NCBI RefSeq assembly: GCF_009914755.1
Contig: NC_060929.1
Length of the DNA: 64,000 nucleotides
Source: the human T2T-CHM13v2.0 reference genome, Homo sapiens
Direction: 5' to 3' (one strand)
Part shown: piece by piece, positions 12,851 through 29,292 of the stretch
Position numbering within the stretch: the stretch's first letter is position 1
Layout: every line of letters begins with the position of its first letter
Made by a program: the position numbers and the translations under genes
Notes under the pieces: model-generated
What the model was told of the DNA's origin: nothing
Databases searched by the model: none
Seen by the model: the letters and a program-made list of their open reading frames with translations, nothing else

Positions 12851-15800
12851 ATAAACATGCATATATGCTACATACATGCATGCATACATACATACATAAA
12901 GAAACTCAAACCAAAGGCAAACTGTTGAAGGCAGAATCCTAAAGTACTAATGGGGAGGAGGAAAGTTCTGGGTAGACTCACTGGCATATTAACAGGATAT
13001 CATCTAGATTGACCACTGTATTAGTAAAAACAGCTTATTAAAAAGTGAAAAATAATCTCAGTAAAACTATTGAGAAAAAAAAAGAGCAATGATTCAGATG
13101 TAAGCCTCCACCTAGGCTAGAATCAGGATGTCAGCTACAGTCTGTCTTTGACCCTCTGAGGCTATATTGTGATTCTCTCTAATCCTCTATTTACATTAGT
13201 TTCCTCTCCACATTTGGCCACTCCATGCTTCTTCATTCTAATCTCAGTGAGAGAATAAAATGATTTTCTCTTGGTCCCAATTTCCAATTGGAAAGAATTC
13301 GATTGGCTCTGCTTGGGTCAGTGATTACAATCTAATCACTTATGGAGAAGGGATGGAGGAATTACATAACCTAAACGTGGTGCAAGGTATCCACCCATTT
13401 GGACATAAAGGCACTTCTCAGAGAAAAAGGAGCCATTATGATGTTGGCAGAATCCAAAAAGACATCTAGTGCATTGGTTCTTACAAAGGCAGATAAGGGT
13501 ACATAGAAACTCATACATCATTACCAAGGGGGAAAAAATGACAGTGTCAACTTTAGGATAGAAACTCTATAACAAGAGCGTGAGAGAATAGATTGAGATA
13601 AATTTTGCAGAAGTTATCCTCAAAAGCCTAAATATGCTTGCCTGCCATATGCCAATACATGTTTTTAGTCCAGGCGTTTACATCTCTCCCGCTCTCTCTT
13701 TCTTCTCCCACTCCTCTCAGGCTTCGAGGTTTCTGTCTCGGGTTGTCTGTTTACACGAGCTTCATTCTTCTTTTAGCTCTTCAAAGAGAGCAATTCTGTG
13801 AGACCATAGCAATCAACCTCCTCCATCTTACAGCTGAAGCACATGAGACTAGCGATGGCTTGCCCATGGCCAACACTGTAGTTAGTGATACTACTAGTAT
13901 AGAGCTCCGACTTCTAATCCAGAGATCCACCATCCATTACACACTGCCTCACTTCATCCTAGAAAATAGGTTTGGGGCATAGGTTATGCCCTGTTCAAAT
14001 GTTCAGTAATGCTATGCTCAGTCTCAAATGAAATAAAGTTGTTCATAACATCAGAAAGAGATGGCTAAGTGCTGAACCAGAAATAATTACTATTCTGAGA
14101 TGCAAGACATAATGATGAGGTGTTATAGTGAAAGAAGAAAAAGAAAAGTCAAGGCACCCAAGTTTTAGCCATGTCTATTTTATTAACAAATTGACCCTAA
14201 GCAATTCACTTAACCTCTTTTCATTTCTTCAGTGGAGAATTCTTTGCTTCCAACCTCTTTGGGTTGATGATCAAATGAGATAATGGAAATGCCTCTGTTT
14301 GGGAAAAAATGCATTTTGAAAGGCTATATGAACACCAGGTCTGAGTATTATTTTTCCATCATGTTACAAATTTATCCAGGGCTGATATCTGCTCAAAGGC
14401 CTATTTACCATTACTGCTTTCCAAGTATGACCCTGCCTTTAAGTATCTCTCTGTTTTTCAAATTATGTATTTCTCCAGATGCATGTTTTCACTTTTCCAG
14501 GCTGATCTCGTTTGTTCATTTCCTGTCCATATTTCTAATCTCCCTAGGTTGCTCTGTACTACGTCTCTTGCTTACTGGTGTTTATAACACCATCCTATTT
14601 ACCCTCATCTGCAGACATAATTACCATAATAGGTTTATGGCCTCTTTCCAAGCCATTAATAACAACGCAAAATGAAATGCATCTGAAGCTCATCTCTGCA
14701 ACATCTTCCTGGAGCTTGTACCATGCCATTTTTCATTCTTGTCAAATTTTTCAGCCAATATTGAGGTCATTTTCATGGTTCAGAGAAACTCCTAACCCAA
14801 CCCAAGTCTTTTTCTTTTGTTTTCTTTTTTAAATCATACGGGAACCAGACTTTGTTTCTCTTGCTTGTAATAAAATAAATAAAATAAAGTCAGTTGCAAC
14901 ATGCCAAAACATGAAGCAGGGCACTTAAAGTCCTGAGAATAAATGAGTAGGTTTCTATCCAAAGATCTTTTTTCACATCAATGTGAGAGGGCTCATTGTG
15001 ATTTTGTCTCTGTATTTATCCAGCAAACAGGAAGACCTGAGTTTTCCAAGTAGAATTCCATATCCTTGTGTTTCTTTCCCAGTGGAGACCAACAGCCAAG
15101 TTCCTCAGTAATAAACCTGAAGAATGAGATACATAATCTTTGAGACTCACTACAAAAGAAAAAACTTTGTTGGTTTTCTCAATAAGCTGACATTAAAGTC
15201 CCATCTTTGCTTCCATTACAACACTTAGCAGCTTCTAAAGAGAAGGGAGTTTGAAGAAGAAAGAGGAAGAATATAAAGATTAATCCACAGGTGAATAAAC
15301 TTGAGAAATGGTGAATGAAATGTTATCACAAACAATTTTCTTTTCTTCTTCTTAGTTTGGAATTCATTTGGGGGTTCTGTTTTGTTTTGTTTTGTTTCTG
15401 ATTGAGCTCAGCACAGGATGCCTCATCTTGTTCTAAATTCTAGAATGTATTTCTTCACTTCTTGCTGAGCTCTTCTGGCAATGGACTTTTCCACCAATGG
15501 GTTTGCCCTTTGCAGTTAAATGGTGATTCAACTTCTAAGCAGTTGGAAATTCAGGTGGAATTAAACCTTGGGGACCTTTCTGAATTACTACATGGACTTC
15601 CAATTTTCTTTTTTAAATATATTTTAAATGTGACACCCTTAGAAATGCTAAATTTTTGTTCCTGAATAAAGAGGAAAGAAAAGCTGCAAGTATCTTAATA
15701 CTGTAACTTAAATGCAGTGTTTGAGGCAAAGTCTCATTTTTATCAATTATTTTCATAGGTGAAAAGGCAAATTATGAATTCTGGACACAGAAACACCTGG

Positions 15801-16539
15801 TTTTCTATCCTGGCTACATAAAATACTTGCTTTATGAAATGGAAATACTGTCTTAATCTTTTTGAGTTTGTTTCCTTTTCTATAAAATGGGGATGAATAA
15901 TACTTTCATCACACAATGTTGTTCAGATATCATGTACACAATGGTGGCTAGTAAGTACAGTGTCTGGTGCATCATAGGGGAACAGTAAATGTCATCTGCT
16001 TCCTTTGTCCTCCCATACACATAATGACAAAATCTGTCATCTTTTATTAATACACATAGTTCACTTTCTCATAACACTGTTATCAAGCAATTATGAACTG
16101 CTAAGAGGAAAATGTCTTTTCATGAATTTAATAATAATGATAATGATACTACGCAGGCAGAATCCTAAGTGCTTTTATCTGCATTTTTTTCATTTATTCC
16201 TCACAAAGGGAAGTACTTTTACCATTCCCATTTACAGAAAAGGATTTGGAAGCTGACAATGGTTAAATGACAAGCTAATTAGTGAATGGGTCAGGATTTG
16301 AGCTCAAGCAGTCTTGTGCCAGAACTTCACCCTTGTTAGCCACTCTATACTATCTTCTTTTACAACAGTGTTTATTATGAATTGGAGGTAATGATTGTAT
16401 GGAGATTACATAGGGTAATGCATAGAAAGCACTGTACATAATGCCTGCCACATGGTAAATGCTTAATAAATTAGAAATTTGGTGAATAAATAAGATTTTT
16501 TGTAATATAATTAGATCATCTCATGTAATAGCCTTTTTT

Positions 16540-17180
16540 AAAACACTTTGTTGAGATATAACAATACCATACAATTCACCAATTTAAAGTATACAATTCC
16601 GTGGTTTTTAAGGTATATTTAGAGCTGTGTAACTATCATCACAATCTAAGTGTAGAACATTTTCATCACTCAAAAAATCCTTTATTTTTTGGAATCTGGA
16701 TTTTCATAGATTAGGTTTTCTTAAAGGAGAGTATGTATGAAAAATGGCACTTTTCTCACATATTACTGGTTGGAATGAAACATGGTACAACCACTCAAGA
16801 AAATAACTTGGCAGTTTCCCAAAAGACTAAACATGCAGTAACCATACAACCTACCAGTTGCACTCCTGGGCATTTATTCCAGAGAAATGAAAACTTACAT
16901 CCCCGCAAAAACCTGTAGGGGAATGTTCATAGCAGGTCTATTCATAATAGCTAAAACCTGGAAACACCCCAAATATCCTTCAAAAATTGGTGATATCTGA
17001 ATAAGGCCCTGCCACCTACCTAACAGTATTGTACAGATGTTAGTTTCTTGGTTTTAATATCATATTGCTGTTATGTGAGATGTGACCATTGGCAAAAGAT
17101 GAGTGAAGTGTTCAAGGGATCTCTGAACTATTTTTGTTATTTCTTGTGAGTCTGTAATCATTTCAAAATAAAACGTTAAA
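16540..17180. mobile_element. Old L1M 3' fragments (both orientations)
   Basis: TTGAGATATA..CATACAATTCACC (reverse L1MB end); CACTCCTGGGCATTTAT.CCAGAGAAATGAAAAC (forward). Confidence 0.7.
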
Positions 17181-18579
17181 ATAATAGCACTTCAAAAGCA
17201 AAGCTAAGTCAAGTGTTGAAGAATATACCCAGAACCGAATGCTGGCATCTATATGGTTTTTGAGATGGTTCTTAGAATTGAAACAACTTCATCACAGCAA
17301 AAGATTTGAAACAAAGATTAAAATCCTAAAACAAATTGCTCAAAATGGAAAATTATTCAAAGGAATAGAAAGAATACCTTGAAAGAACAGATGAAAGCAG
17401 AGCCTCAAAGTTAACGTATAAATAGAAACTAAATTACAGAATAAATAAAAGATGCCCTAGGAAGGTGCAAAGATCAAAGTAATTACAAACTATAGAAGTA
17501 ATCTCATTTAAAGGGTTGTCTTAACATGCTATAATGAAGAAGATGACTCAAACTCTTGAAAATATTTGTAAAGGTTTTTGAGCAGACAGTTATCCTGAAA
17601 AACACCCGAAGTTAATTTATTTGGATTAAGATCATGATCACAAAGTAGCATCAATTAACATATCCTCAAAAATGAATGTATTATTATGATTCTGTTTCTG
17701 CAGATAACAATAGTAATAATGATGGGAAGTAAAATTATTAAATATCTTACTTGTACAAACTTATTTAATTCTCATAACAACCTGCTGAGGTTGATACTAT
17801 TATTATGGCCATTTTCACAAATGAGAAAACTGAGGCATAATGATTATGTAACTTGATCAAACTCATATAGCAAGTAAGTGGTAGAGCTAGAGCTGGACTT
17901 GATACAGATACAAATGGTCACAAACTCGATTATGAAATTCAAAATTAAATTTAAAAAGTGAATTAACTTATAATTTTAAAATGAAAAATTAAGTCCCAAT
18001 ACTAATTAGTTCCATGATCATCTAGTTAAAAGAAGAAATAAACTAATTTTGTTTGAATTAACATAAAATTTCAGTTATCCAGGGTCCAATCAGAGGATAA
18101 TTTTTATGACTGTAAAATAATTGATATTCGTAATGATGAGTAGAGAAATATGGTAGATTAGATCATTTAGTCCTTCCAATGCAAAATATGTTAATGCATA
18201 TTTAGGAGTAAAAACAAGGGAAATGAAGACAAAAATAAGCAGGAGAGCTGACACTTTGGCTGCCTTATGGGGATTTACCCATCTTGGTAACCAAGAGTTG
18301 GAGTTTTAACGCTTCAAAGAGGAAAAGAGATGAACCCCTTTGGTCCATATCAAAGGGGGAGGAATTTGGACAGAGACTTCCATGTAAATTTTGGTCTCTC
18401 AGTGAAAAATGCAAACTGGTGAAATCTTCTCATGTATATGGAGTGATGACATGGAGCTTATTTTTCTTGGCCAATGTTCTTGATGGAGTATTGTGGGAGG
18501 AGTCTCCTCAGAATTTGTAACAATAGAAGACCCTCAGGTAAGTTTGAATTTTATTTTAGGCATTTATTTTATTTTATTT

Positions 18580-19730
<1,151 letters not shown>

Positions 19731-21729
19731 TTTCTTAGAGCTTGTCCAGAATCACAATTTTGCTTTTTACAGCCAGGACCAGAATTCATGTCTCTTGTAT
19801 CTTACATTTTGAGCTCTCTTTTTCATTATTGCTCTCATAAAAATGTTTTTCAATTAATGATTTATCCTAAGTTATGCACTACATAAGATATCTCTCAGTC
19901 TCACAGAACTTCACACATTCCCTTTGTATTCATTGGTCTGTTAGAGGGAGTTCATAGGTCTTCTTAATACACACTCTGACATTTTAATTTTTACTCCGTC
20001 TCCAGCTTATACACATTAATATCAGCTAGAACTTGCATTCAGCTCTGCATAACTACATCTGTAAGGGAGGCTGGAACATGTAGTTTTTTAAGCTGGGCAC
20101 ATTGCCTCTGTCAACAAAAAAATCAGGGTTGCCTCAGTAAGAAAGAAGGAGACAACTGATTATTGGTTAGACACACATCATAACATCTAAGAAGTATGGT
20201 GTAAGAAGATGGTACCTTTGGAAAGAAGAAGGCAGCCAAGAGAGTCCAAGATGCCTGTTAAGTTTTGTGGCCTTACATGCACTCCGTATGACCCTGTGTA
20301 ATTTGGCCTTGACTGTCCTCTCTGCCTTTGACTTTTGCTCAACTTATGCCACTGTCTACAGTGTTTCAGGTTCCTGAGCATGCCATGCTCTCTCCTTTAT
20401 TGATCCTCTGTGTGGAAATCCTCTGCCCCCCACACACACCAGCATGCATTTCCACTACCATATCATACACATATATTTTGCCAGGCTATCTCAAATGTAC
20501 ATTGAGGCTGTGGGGAACCTTTCTTATCCCTCAAGGTTGGTTCTCTATCTGTCTGTGGGACCTTGGGGCCCTTTGTTTCTCTGAGACCCCTACTGTACTG
20601 CCTATCATACTGTACTGTAAGTGTGTCAGGGAAAGTGTCAGCCTCGGGACACTGTCTCCCCAAACTGTCAGCACCCTGAAGACAAAAACTTTATTCCATT
20701 TCCACCAGATCAGACTTGCCTTTTGCTCATTTTTCTTTATCAAGTATTTGCACAGTGTCTGGCATCTAATAGGTGAGCAATAAATTTTTGTGGAATGTAT
20801 ACATTAATAAATTCTACCTGAGTACATCATGAGTTAATTAAAGGAAAAAAAAAGTGTAGACAGGCAGTAATAGTAGCTACTACTTATTGAGGGTTTTCAA
20901 ACTGTGAAGCATTCTGGATTTAGAGCACTACAGGGATTATCTTACTTTTCCAACAACATATGATACACATACAATTACTGAAATGAGGGAAGTGAGGCTC
21001 AGAGAGGTTATTTGCCCTAGGTCATAGAGCTAATAAAACACTGAGCAGGGATTTAAACCCTGGTTGTGTCTACTCCACAATCAAAATCCTTAATTGCCGG
21101 GCTATGCTGCTGAAATTCAGGTCTCAGCGCCTTTGGCTGTATATTCTAAGAGATGCTGCAACATAAATCCCTAGTGCACAGGACAACTGTTTAGGAGCGC
21201 AAGTCTTGTCAACTCAGTGAAGGACATTTTATCTTGTCTGAAGAGAGAATGAAAAAAGGAGGTGAAACACAATGGGGGTTTTATTTTGGGAAAAAGAGGA
21301 AGCAGGGTGACAAATGAAATAAACTGAGAATCCCACATCAGAGCAACCACAGAGCCAATCTAAGACAGGCATCTTATCTATCAACACCATTCTGACAACC
21401 AGCTAATTAAATATCTCTGGGGAGAAAGTTCCCATCTTGACTCACAAGGGCCAATGCTGAGTCTTGAAGCCTGTTCTCCACATGGAGCTTAGCAAGGCCA
21501 GCTTCCCAGATGGCCTGATAATCCCTGAAGCAAGCATAACACCCAAGTCCCACTGTAAAACAGGCACAGGCAGCAGACTACACAGAAATCAGGCTTAGCA
21601 TAATAAGAATAATATAAAGGCTTGCATTTATTGGGCACTTGCAATCAGCAAGCAACTGAGTGGTGTTTCATTTAATCCTCCAAAAGAATCTAATGATATA
21701 GGTATTATCCCCATTGTACAGTGATGAGA

Positions 21730-22290
21730 CCAAGGCACAGCAATTATTCCTGTTATTTCCTCCTGTTTGTCAGCTCTAAGCCCAGCCTTCACCACTTTAT
21801 ACTCTTTGATTTCTACTTGGCTACTACTCTGCAAACTACATGACTCAGAATTCTTAACCAGCTAGCTTCCTATTAAGTTCTGCAAACAGAAGGCAGCACG
21901 TAGAGAATAAAAGGCGAAAGAAAGGACAACAGAATCTCTTTCCCGTTTGCCTGTTCCTGCCAGCATCACTCCTGTAGCGGCAGTCATCTCCGGCCTCCAG
22001 CTTCTTTTTGCGCTGTCACTCCCAGTTTTGCCACACCCTCTTAGGAGCAGTCAGGTAGAGATCCCTCCTCCAAAATCTGGGCAATGAACCTGTAGGGCAG
22101 CACCCCTCCTTATTCATTCAGCCTTGGGTGGTTGCCACTTCCTCTAGTTATTTTCTCTGGATTAACGTCTATGTCTCTTTTCGCTCTTTCAACTTCCAAC
22201 ATGTGTATAATCGACTCTCTGTATCAAATCCCCTCTGTCTGAAGCACCTAGTAGGGTCTCTGTTATGGTGGCTGAACCTAGACTGATATG
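21730..22290 (+). mobile_element. LTR33-like ERVL LTR inserted into a MIR
   Basis: CTCTGCAAACTACAT..CCAGCTAGCTTCCTATTAAGTTCTG...CCTAGACTGATA; MIR sequence resumes at ~22300. Confidence 0.55.
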
Positions 22291-22449
22291 GCTATGTTAA
22301 TTATCTTGTCCAATGTCACACAGCTGGTAAGCAGCATAACCATTACTAAACCCAGGTTTTCCACAGAAGTTTAAATGGGCAGCTTTATCTGCTGTAGGAA
22401 GCTAGGACCACAATCAATACAGATTTGTTGAAATGAACCAATTTCTTAG

Positions 22450-22785
<336 letters not shown>

Positions 22786-23116
22786 TAAATCTATTTTTAT
22801 TAAAAATAAAACATATGTATATAATGCTTTAAAGTTTACAAAAAATTTCATACGCATTATTTCATAAAATTCAGAGAGGAAATGTAGATAAGGGTGTAAC
22901 TTTTGGGATTAAACAGTCCTTGGTTTAATCTCAGTTCTGCCACATAATAGCTGTGTGACAGTTGGCAAGTCACTGAACCTTGTTGAAACTGTTTTTGTTA
23001 TCTATGAAATACTGTTACTAGAATCTACCTACCTCATAGGGCTGCTGTAATAATTTAAAATCATATGATAGAATACACTACAATGTAATATATTACACAT
23101 AATATGTCAAGAACTG

Positions 23117-23960
23117 TGTAGGGTCTGAAGTTTTATATTACTTACAATCTAACAAATTAGCCTGTTACTATTTCATGGATGCTGGCAGAAGACAGGAGGT
23201 TCCTGGGTCAGAGACAAATGACTTTATTACTCATGAAAAAGCATTAGCTAGAGTTTTATGTTGGCTTTCTTTGGTTGCCCACACCTCCCAAGTCTCACAG
23301 GGATGATGCAAAAGGCTTGCTGTGGTTTGAATATGTTCACCAGAAAGTATGTATTGCAAACGTAATCCCTAATGCAACAGTGCCTGAAGGTGGGGCCTCA
23401 TGGGAGATGTTTAGGTCATGAGGGCTCCACCCTTATGCATGGATTAATGGCAATTATAAAAGAGCTTGAGGCTGTGAGTTTGAACTCTTGCTCATTTTTG
23501 CCTCTCTTGCCCATCTGCCTTCTACCATAGTATGACATGGCACAAAGGGCCTTGCTAGATGCCAGCACCATGCTCTTAGACATTCCAGGTTCCAGAATCA
23601 TGAGCTAAATAAATTTATGTTCATTATAAATTACCCAGTCTCAGGTATTCTGTTATAGCAGCACAAAATGGACTAAGACATGGTTCAACACAGATGCCAG
23701 ATGCCTGCACATACAGTGGGTTGTGTTACAGGAGAATAATACTGATGTAGGAAGATTTGCCACTTTTACAGTAAGAGGAAGCAAAACTACTCTTTGTCTA
23801 GGGGAAACATTACCTCATCACTCAAGATTGCTCACTAAAAACATAACCATGAGAAATGATCCAGATAAAGAGCAGTCAGGGCCTCATATTTTTGTTATAA
23901 CCAGCAACAACATGCAAGGATACCCAAAACCCATGGTTCCCTGCCTCTCCCAATGTAATT
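23117..23960 (-). mobile_element. Old LTR (family unassigned) interrupted by an MST LTR
   Basis: TGTAGGGTCTGA...GACTTTATTACTCA reverse LTR end; continues after 23680. Confidence 0.5.
23318..23680 (+). mobile_element. MaLR MST-family LTR
   Basis: TGCTGTGGTTTGAAT...ATAAATTACCCAGTCTCAGGTATTCTGTTATAGCAGCACAAAATGGACTAAGACA. Confidence 0.88.
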
Positions 23961-24498
23961 TACCAAGGACTTAGTAATTACACGATAAACAATAGCTATC
24001 AGTTTGGATCTCATAAAACCCAATCATGAAAGAACCCTTTTCACAATCTATAGATTTGAGGAAATCAGCTCAGAGAAGTAAAATGATTTGCTCAGGGGTA
24101 ATACCCTTTGTGGAAGTGGTGGATCTGAGTGTTCAAAAATCAGAAATTATGACACCAAATCCCATGGCCATTCTTCTCCATCTAGATCTATATTTGTAAG
24201 GATAGGTGGCACACACCATCAGCTCAGATTGGCCACATAATGTGTGGAGCTCAGTGCCAATATTTCTAGAACTCTTGAATTTTAGAGCCAGAATGGCCCT
24301 ACTTATAATCTATTCTAGTGATTTCCCAACTGTGTTCACCAGAGACCGTTTTTTCCACTGAGCTTCCTCAGAGGCCACCAAGGGGTAGAGGCTGGGCACA
24401 TAAAAGGAAGGTTGAGAAAGTCTCTATCCAAGCAGTTTCACTTGTATTGAGCTTACGCATAAGATTACTTCTGATTTTTTTTTCTAAAAGAAGGAGGT

Positions 24499-24866
24499 TG
24501 TATTAGTCTGTTTTCACATTGGTATAAAGATACTGCCTTAGACTGGGTAATTTATAAAGGAAAGAGGCTTAATTGACTCACAGTTCTGCATGGCTGGGGA
24601 AGCCAAAGGAAACTTATAATCGTGGCAGAAGCTGAAGAAGAAGCAATTACCTTCTTCACAAGGAGGCAGAAAAAAGAAAGTGTGTGAAGGAGGAACTGTC
24701 AAACTCTTATAAAACCATCAGATCTCGTGAGAACTCACTATCATGAGAGCAGCATGGGGGAACTGCTCCCACGATCCAATCGCTTCCCACCAGATCTCTC
24801 GCTTGACACGTTGGGATTACAATTCAAGATGAGATCTGGGTGGGGACACAAAGCAAAACCATATGG
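24499..24866 (-). mobile_element. MaLR THE1/MSTA LTR
   Basis: TGTATTAGTCTGTTTTCAC...GACTGGGTAATTTATAAAGGAAAGAGG...GGGTGGGGACACA..CAAAACCATAT. Confidence 0.88.
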
Positions 24867-27674
24867 CGGTGCTCACAGAAAATCTCACATTTAACTCAAC
24901 TATAATTATTTCAACAATGGAGAAATTAAGGCCCAGAAAGGTAAAGGGATATGATCAAATTTACATGGTGAGTAACAGATCCATGTCTCACCCTCACTTT
25001 CCGAGCTTTCAGCGAATGCTTTTTAGTTAGAGCTGTTATATAATAAGAGGTACTTTTAAAAGCAAACAGTAGCAAGACACTAACAGGAAGCCAGGTGCTT
25101 TGAATTGCCTGGCCAGACATGACAATGGCCCCGGCTAATGTAACACTGTGTTTGAAATCAGAAAAGCTTGATGTGACTTCCTGATAAACTGTGTAATCAG
25201 CTGATTGACGTCCATTCATTCACTACTTCATTCCAATGTTTATTAAGGGTCTGTATATGCCAGGCACTGTTCTAACTCCCAGCTACACAACTGTGGAAAA
25301 GATAGATTTTGAATGAGTTACTCAGACTTTCTCATTTATTTATTCAAAAATTGGTAATGAGCATTTACTATGAGTCAACCCTGTGGCAGTGGTAAGGACA
25401 CAGCCTTCAAAGGAATCTCAGGTGAGTGGGAAAGGGGTTAACAAGTATTTATTACACAGAATAATGAGTATTAAATAGAGGTGCATTCTGAAGCATATAG
25501 GTGGACCTCACCCGGAGAAAGGTCTCAGAAAACTTAAGATGAAGATGAGATCTGAACAAGAAGGAGTTAGAATAGCTCAGTTATCATATCTGTAAAATGA
25601 GAATAACTCGATTATCTCATCTGTAAAATGGGAATAATATCTCCCCCCCAAGGGATACTGTGAAGGCCCAATGAGCTACATATGTGAAAAGTCCAGCCTG
25701 GCACTGAGGAGTGAACATTACACGTCACTTTCCATCTCTGTCTTTGAACACACAAGAGTTGACCAGGATCTTAGGTCTGTCTCTCTGTCTGTCTGTCTGT
25801 GGCTAATGACCTGTGAAATCAGCAGCCCACATAATAAGAAATCTTTGTCTCTGGCCTCATTAGAACCAGGTTCCCGGCAAGTAACCAGTTCCAGACACTG
25901 GCCTTGGAAGGGAGCCCGTGCTGCTGGCCACTTCATTTGGGAATTTCATCCTGTTTGCAAAGATTGCACCAAACAGAATTTTTCTCCTAAAGTGGTTTCC
26001 TCCCCCATCCTCCTCCCCTTCACCAAATGATTTATGTCTCGCTGAGGGCTTTTCCCCTTCATAGCCCATCTGGCCTTCCTGCCTCAGCCTGCAGGGAGGG
26101 TGTAATCCTGTGTTTGCAGCTTTACAGATGGTTTCTATGGAAATTATGACAATATTACAGCTATTGTGGAGCCACATCACTGCTGACTGAATGAGGAGAC
26201 AGGACTTGAAAGGGGAAATTTGGAATTAAATATCAACAACCTACGTCCTTAGAGACAATGACTGGTTTTCATGGAGCTTTTCCTATCAACAGTAACAAAC
26301 AATAACAAACCAATAGTGTTGTTGTATTAGCAATATAAAGAAAGGTTATTTCTCAAATTCTTTTGCAAGCTACACAGTGTAGACAGAATCAGGCCCTAAG
26401 CAAGTGCTCACTGGTAATATTCAGACATCAGAGCAAATTAGAATTTTGGATAGGGGTTAAAAAATCGAGGCATATAACTCAGATAACCGAATGCTTCAAA
26501 TCTCCACCATGTCACACAAGACCAGGCTACAACTGCATATGATTTGACGTGGTTTGTTAACTGCTCTCTAACATCAACAGAAGAACTCAGCAAGGAATTG
26601 GGAAACAGAAATGCTTATTTAGAGACAAGGAGTGGTCAGCATCCATTAATAGTTTCCAAAGATTGAGATGGTAAAGAAGTAACCACAAAACCCCTCCATT
26701 TAGAGTTTCTCACCAGCATCGTTCCTTACTTTTGCTGTGGGCCATACTTTTTATATTTGTATATTTTCCTACAGCCCATGAGAGTTTTAGTCTCTTTTTT
26801 CAACTATGTTTTGAGGTTGATTTAGGCAAGATCTCTTTTTTGTAACAGAAACTGTACTGCTTTTATTCGATTGCAAAAGCAACCCACAGCATCGTAGAAA
26901 ATGTAGAAAATGGAGCTGAAGGAACAGAAGAAAACACGTCACACGTTATTTATTCCTCTTACCACTGCTAAGATTTTGTAAAATTTCCATTTAATTTTTT
27001 GATTGTGGCTGAGAGCGTGAGTTTGGAGATTTAGACAAAATTCTTGCTTTGTGAGCTGTCTGAGTTCATGCAGTTTACTTAATCTCTCTAAACCTCAGAT
27101 TTTTAAGCCAAAGAGCTGATCATGCCTTCCTTCAAAGGGCCAAGCGACTAAATAAACCAGGAGTACTTCCTCACAGCAATACTCTCCCATAGCATCATTT
27201 TTAATGGCTCTAGAGTACTTTCCATCATATGAATATGACATTATTTATTTACAATATTCTATTACTAAATATTTCAGTCGTTTTATGTATTCTTTACTAT
27301 TAAAATGCATAGAGTGACTTATAAATAATCTCCAGTCTCTCCCTTTGTTTCCTATGTATTATGCAGCAGAGAAATTTAATTCAACTAATTTACATCAAAT
27401 ACGCTGAGCACAAGTGTCTGTGGTGAGAAGTAAGTGGTAGGCCCTGCCCTTACAGAGCTGAGCAGGATGGTAGGTTGGAAACAGCACTGACCTGGGAAAT
27501 AAGAAATTGGAGTCTCAGCTCCTCCTCCGCAATCCTCTTCTATTAACTGTAACTTGGGCAAAAGATCTAATTTTTCCTTTCTCATCTGTAAAAATGATGT
27601 ATTTATAGTATCTTCTTCCAAGGATATTTGTGAACAGAATTAATTAATGTAAAGTGCTTTAAAAAGTGCCTGGC

Positions 27675-28100
27675 CCAGCACTATTCACAATAACCAAAAA
27701 TGGAAACAACCCAATGTCTATCAGCTGATGAGAAGATAAATACAATCTGATATATACATACAATGGAATACTATGCAGCCATAAAAAGGAAAGAAGTACT
27801 GACACATGCCACAACATGGATGCACCTTGAAAACTATGCGAAGTGAAAGAAGACAAACACCAAGGCTACATATAGTATAATTTCGTTTATATAAAATATC
27901 CAGAATAGGTAAACAAGTAGAAAAAGAAAGCAGATTAGTGAATGCCAAAGGCTGGAGGTTGTGGTGTGATGAGAAAATTCTGGAACTACATTGTTGTGAT
28001 AATAGTAAAATATTGTAAAGGTACTTTATACTTCTGAATTGTACTTAAAATGGTTAAAAAGGTAAGTTTATGTTATGAGTATTTTACAACAACTTTTAAA
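27675..28100 (+). mobile_element. L1MB-type 3' end inserted in a MIR
   Basis: GCACTATTCACAATAACCAAAAATGGAAACAACCC...AATGGTTAAAA. Confidence 0.75.
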
Positions 28101-29292
28101 AAGCAATGCCTGGCATATAATAAATGCTCAAAAATTTTTATTTTTCATCCTTATCACCTCTCAAGTCCTCAGTTTTCCTATTTGTAAAGTGAAAAGGGTA
28201 GGACAAAATAATCTTGAAATTGCTTCTAGCTCAGAGTTTCTATCTATAGTCTAGTTGGATGAATGCCTTATGATGGAGAAATCTTTTCATGAATATCGAT
28301 TCCGTGCCTTCTCCCTCCTCTGGACTGAAAGGGGCCAGTCAGTGCCCTTCTGAGCACTCATTTCTGTAGCTGCCATCACCTCTTCAACATGATCCCTTCA
28401 AGTACCTAATAGATTTCTGACTGCTATTAACCCTGAAGAGACTCATGGTGGACACTGAGTAAACATCTGTTGGGTCCGTAAATGGATGAAAGAATACATG
28501 AGTCAAAGAGTAAATGGAGAGCCACTGACTATCAGTGAATACTTCAAGTGGACCTAGCCCTGGCTGAGTTACTGACCTCTAAGTCAGATTTCCTGAATGG
28601 TAAGCATACATCTTCCAAGAGGTAATCAATTCACTCTCCCAATTATATCCTTTTACTGCATATTCTTGATCATATTTTTATTGGGCTAGTCATTATCTCA
28701 ACCCCCAAACTCTACTGAATTTGTTGACATGTTTTAAGGGTAAGTGAGTTTAGCATTCTCCCCCTTTGCTTAACAATGCCACATGCTATTAACTCCGAGA
28801 GGCCTTCTTTTCCACCACTACCTCTCTTTTTGCAGCTTCAGGCTGTTTGCTACCTTGCCACCTCTCCTTTTTTCTAGCACTCCGGTAAAGCTTTATTTTA
28901 AGCTTGACCTCCTTCTTCCTAATCACTCGGATTTCCTGTATTTGTTTCTTTCCCACTGTCATTTCCAGGTTATCCTCTTCAACCTCCCCCTTTCTCCTGT
29001 CTTTGTTTTTAACAAGCCTTGCCTCCATTTCATAAATTTGCATTCTCTAAATATCTTGCATTGTTCTTCCTTCAATGTCAGATATGTATTTAATTTTAAT
29101 TTCCTCCTCCAATTTCAGGCATCCTGAAAGGGGAACAAGTGTTTCTGAGCCTTTCAGATTGTCTTGCTTAGTTATCGTAACTACCTCAAATTTTGGAATC
29201 TTTTCATATCAAAAAGTTGCTATGACTTTGCTACTCCCTCTTGCACACATACAAACACACATACACCTGTGCCACTTTTCTTTTATTCAAGA

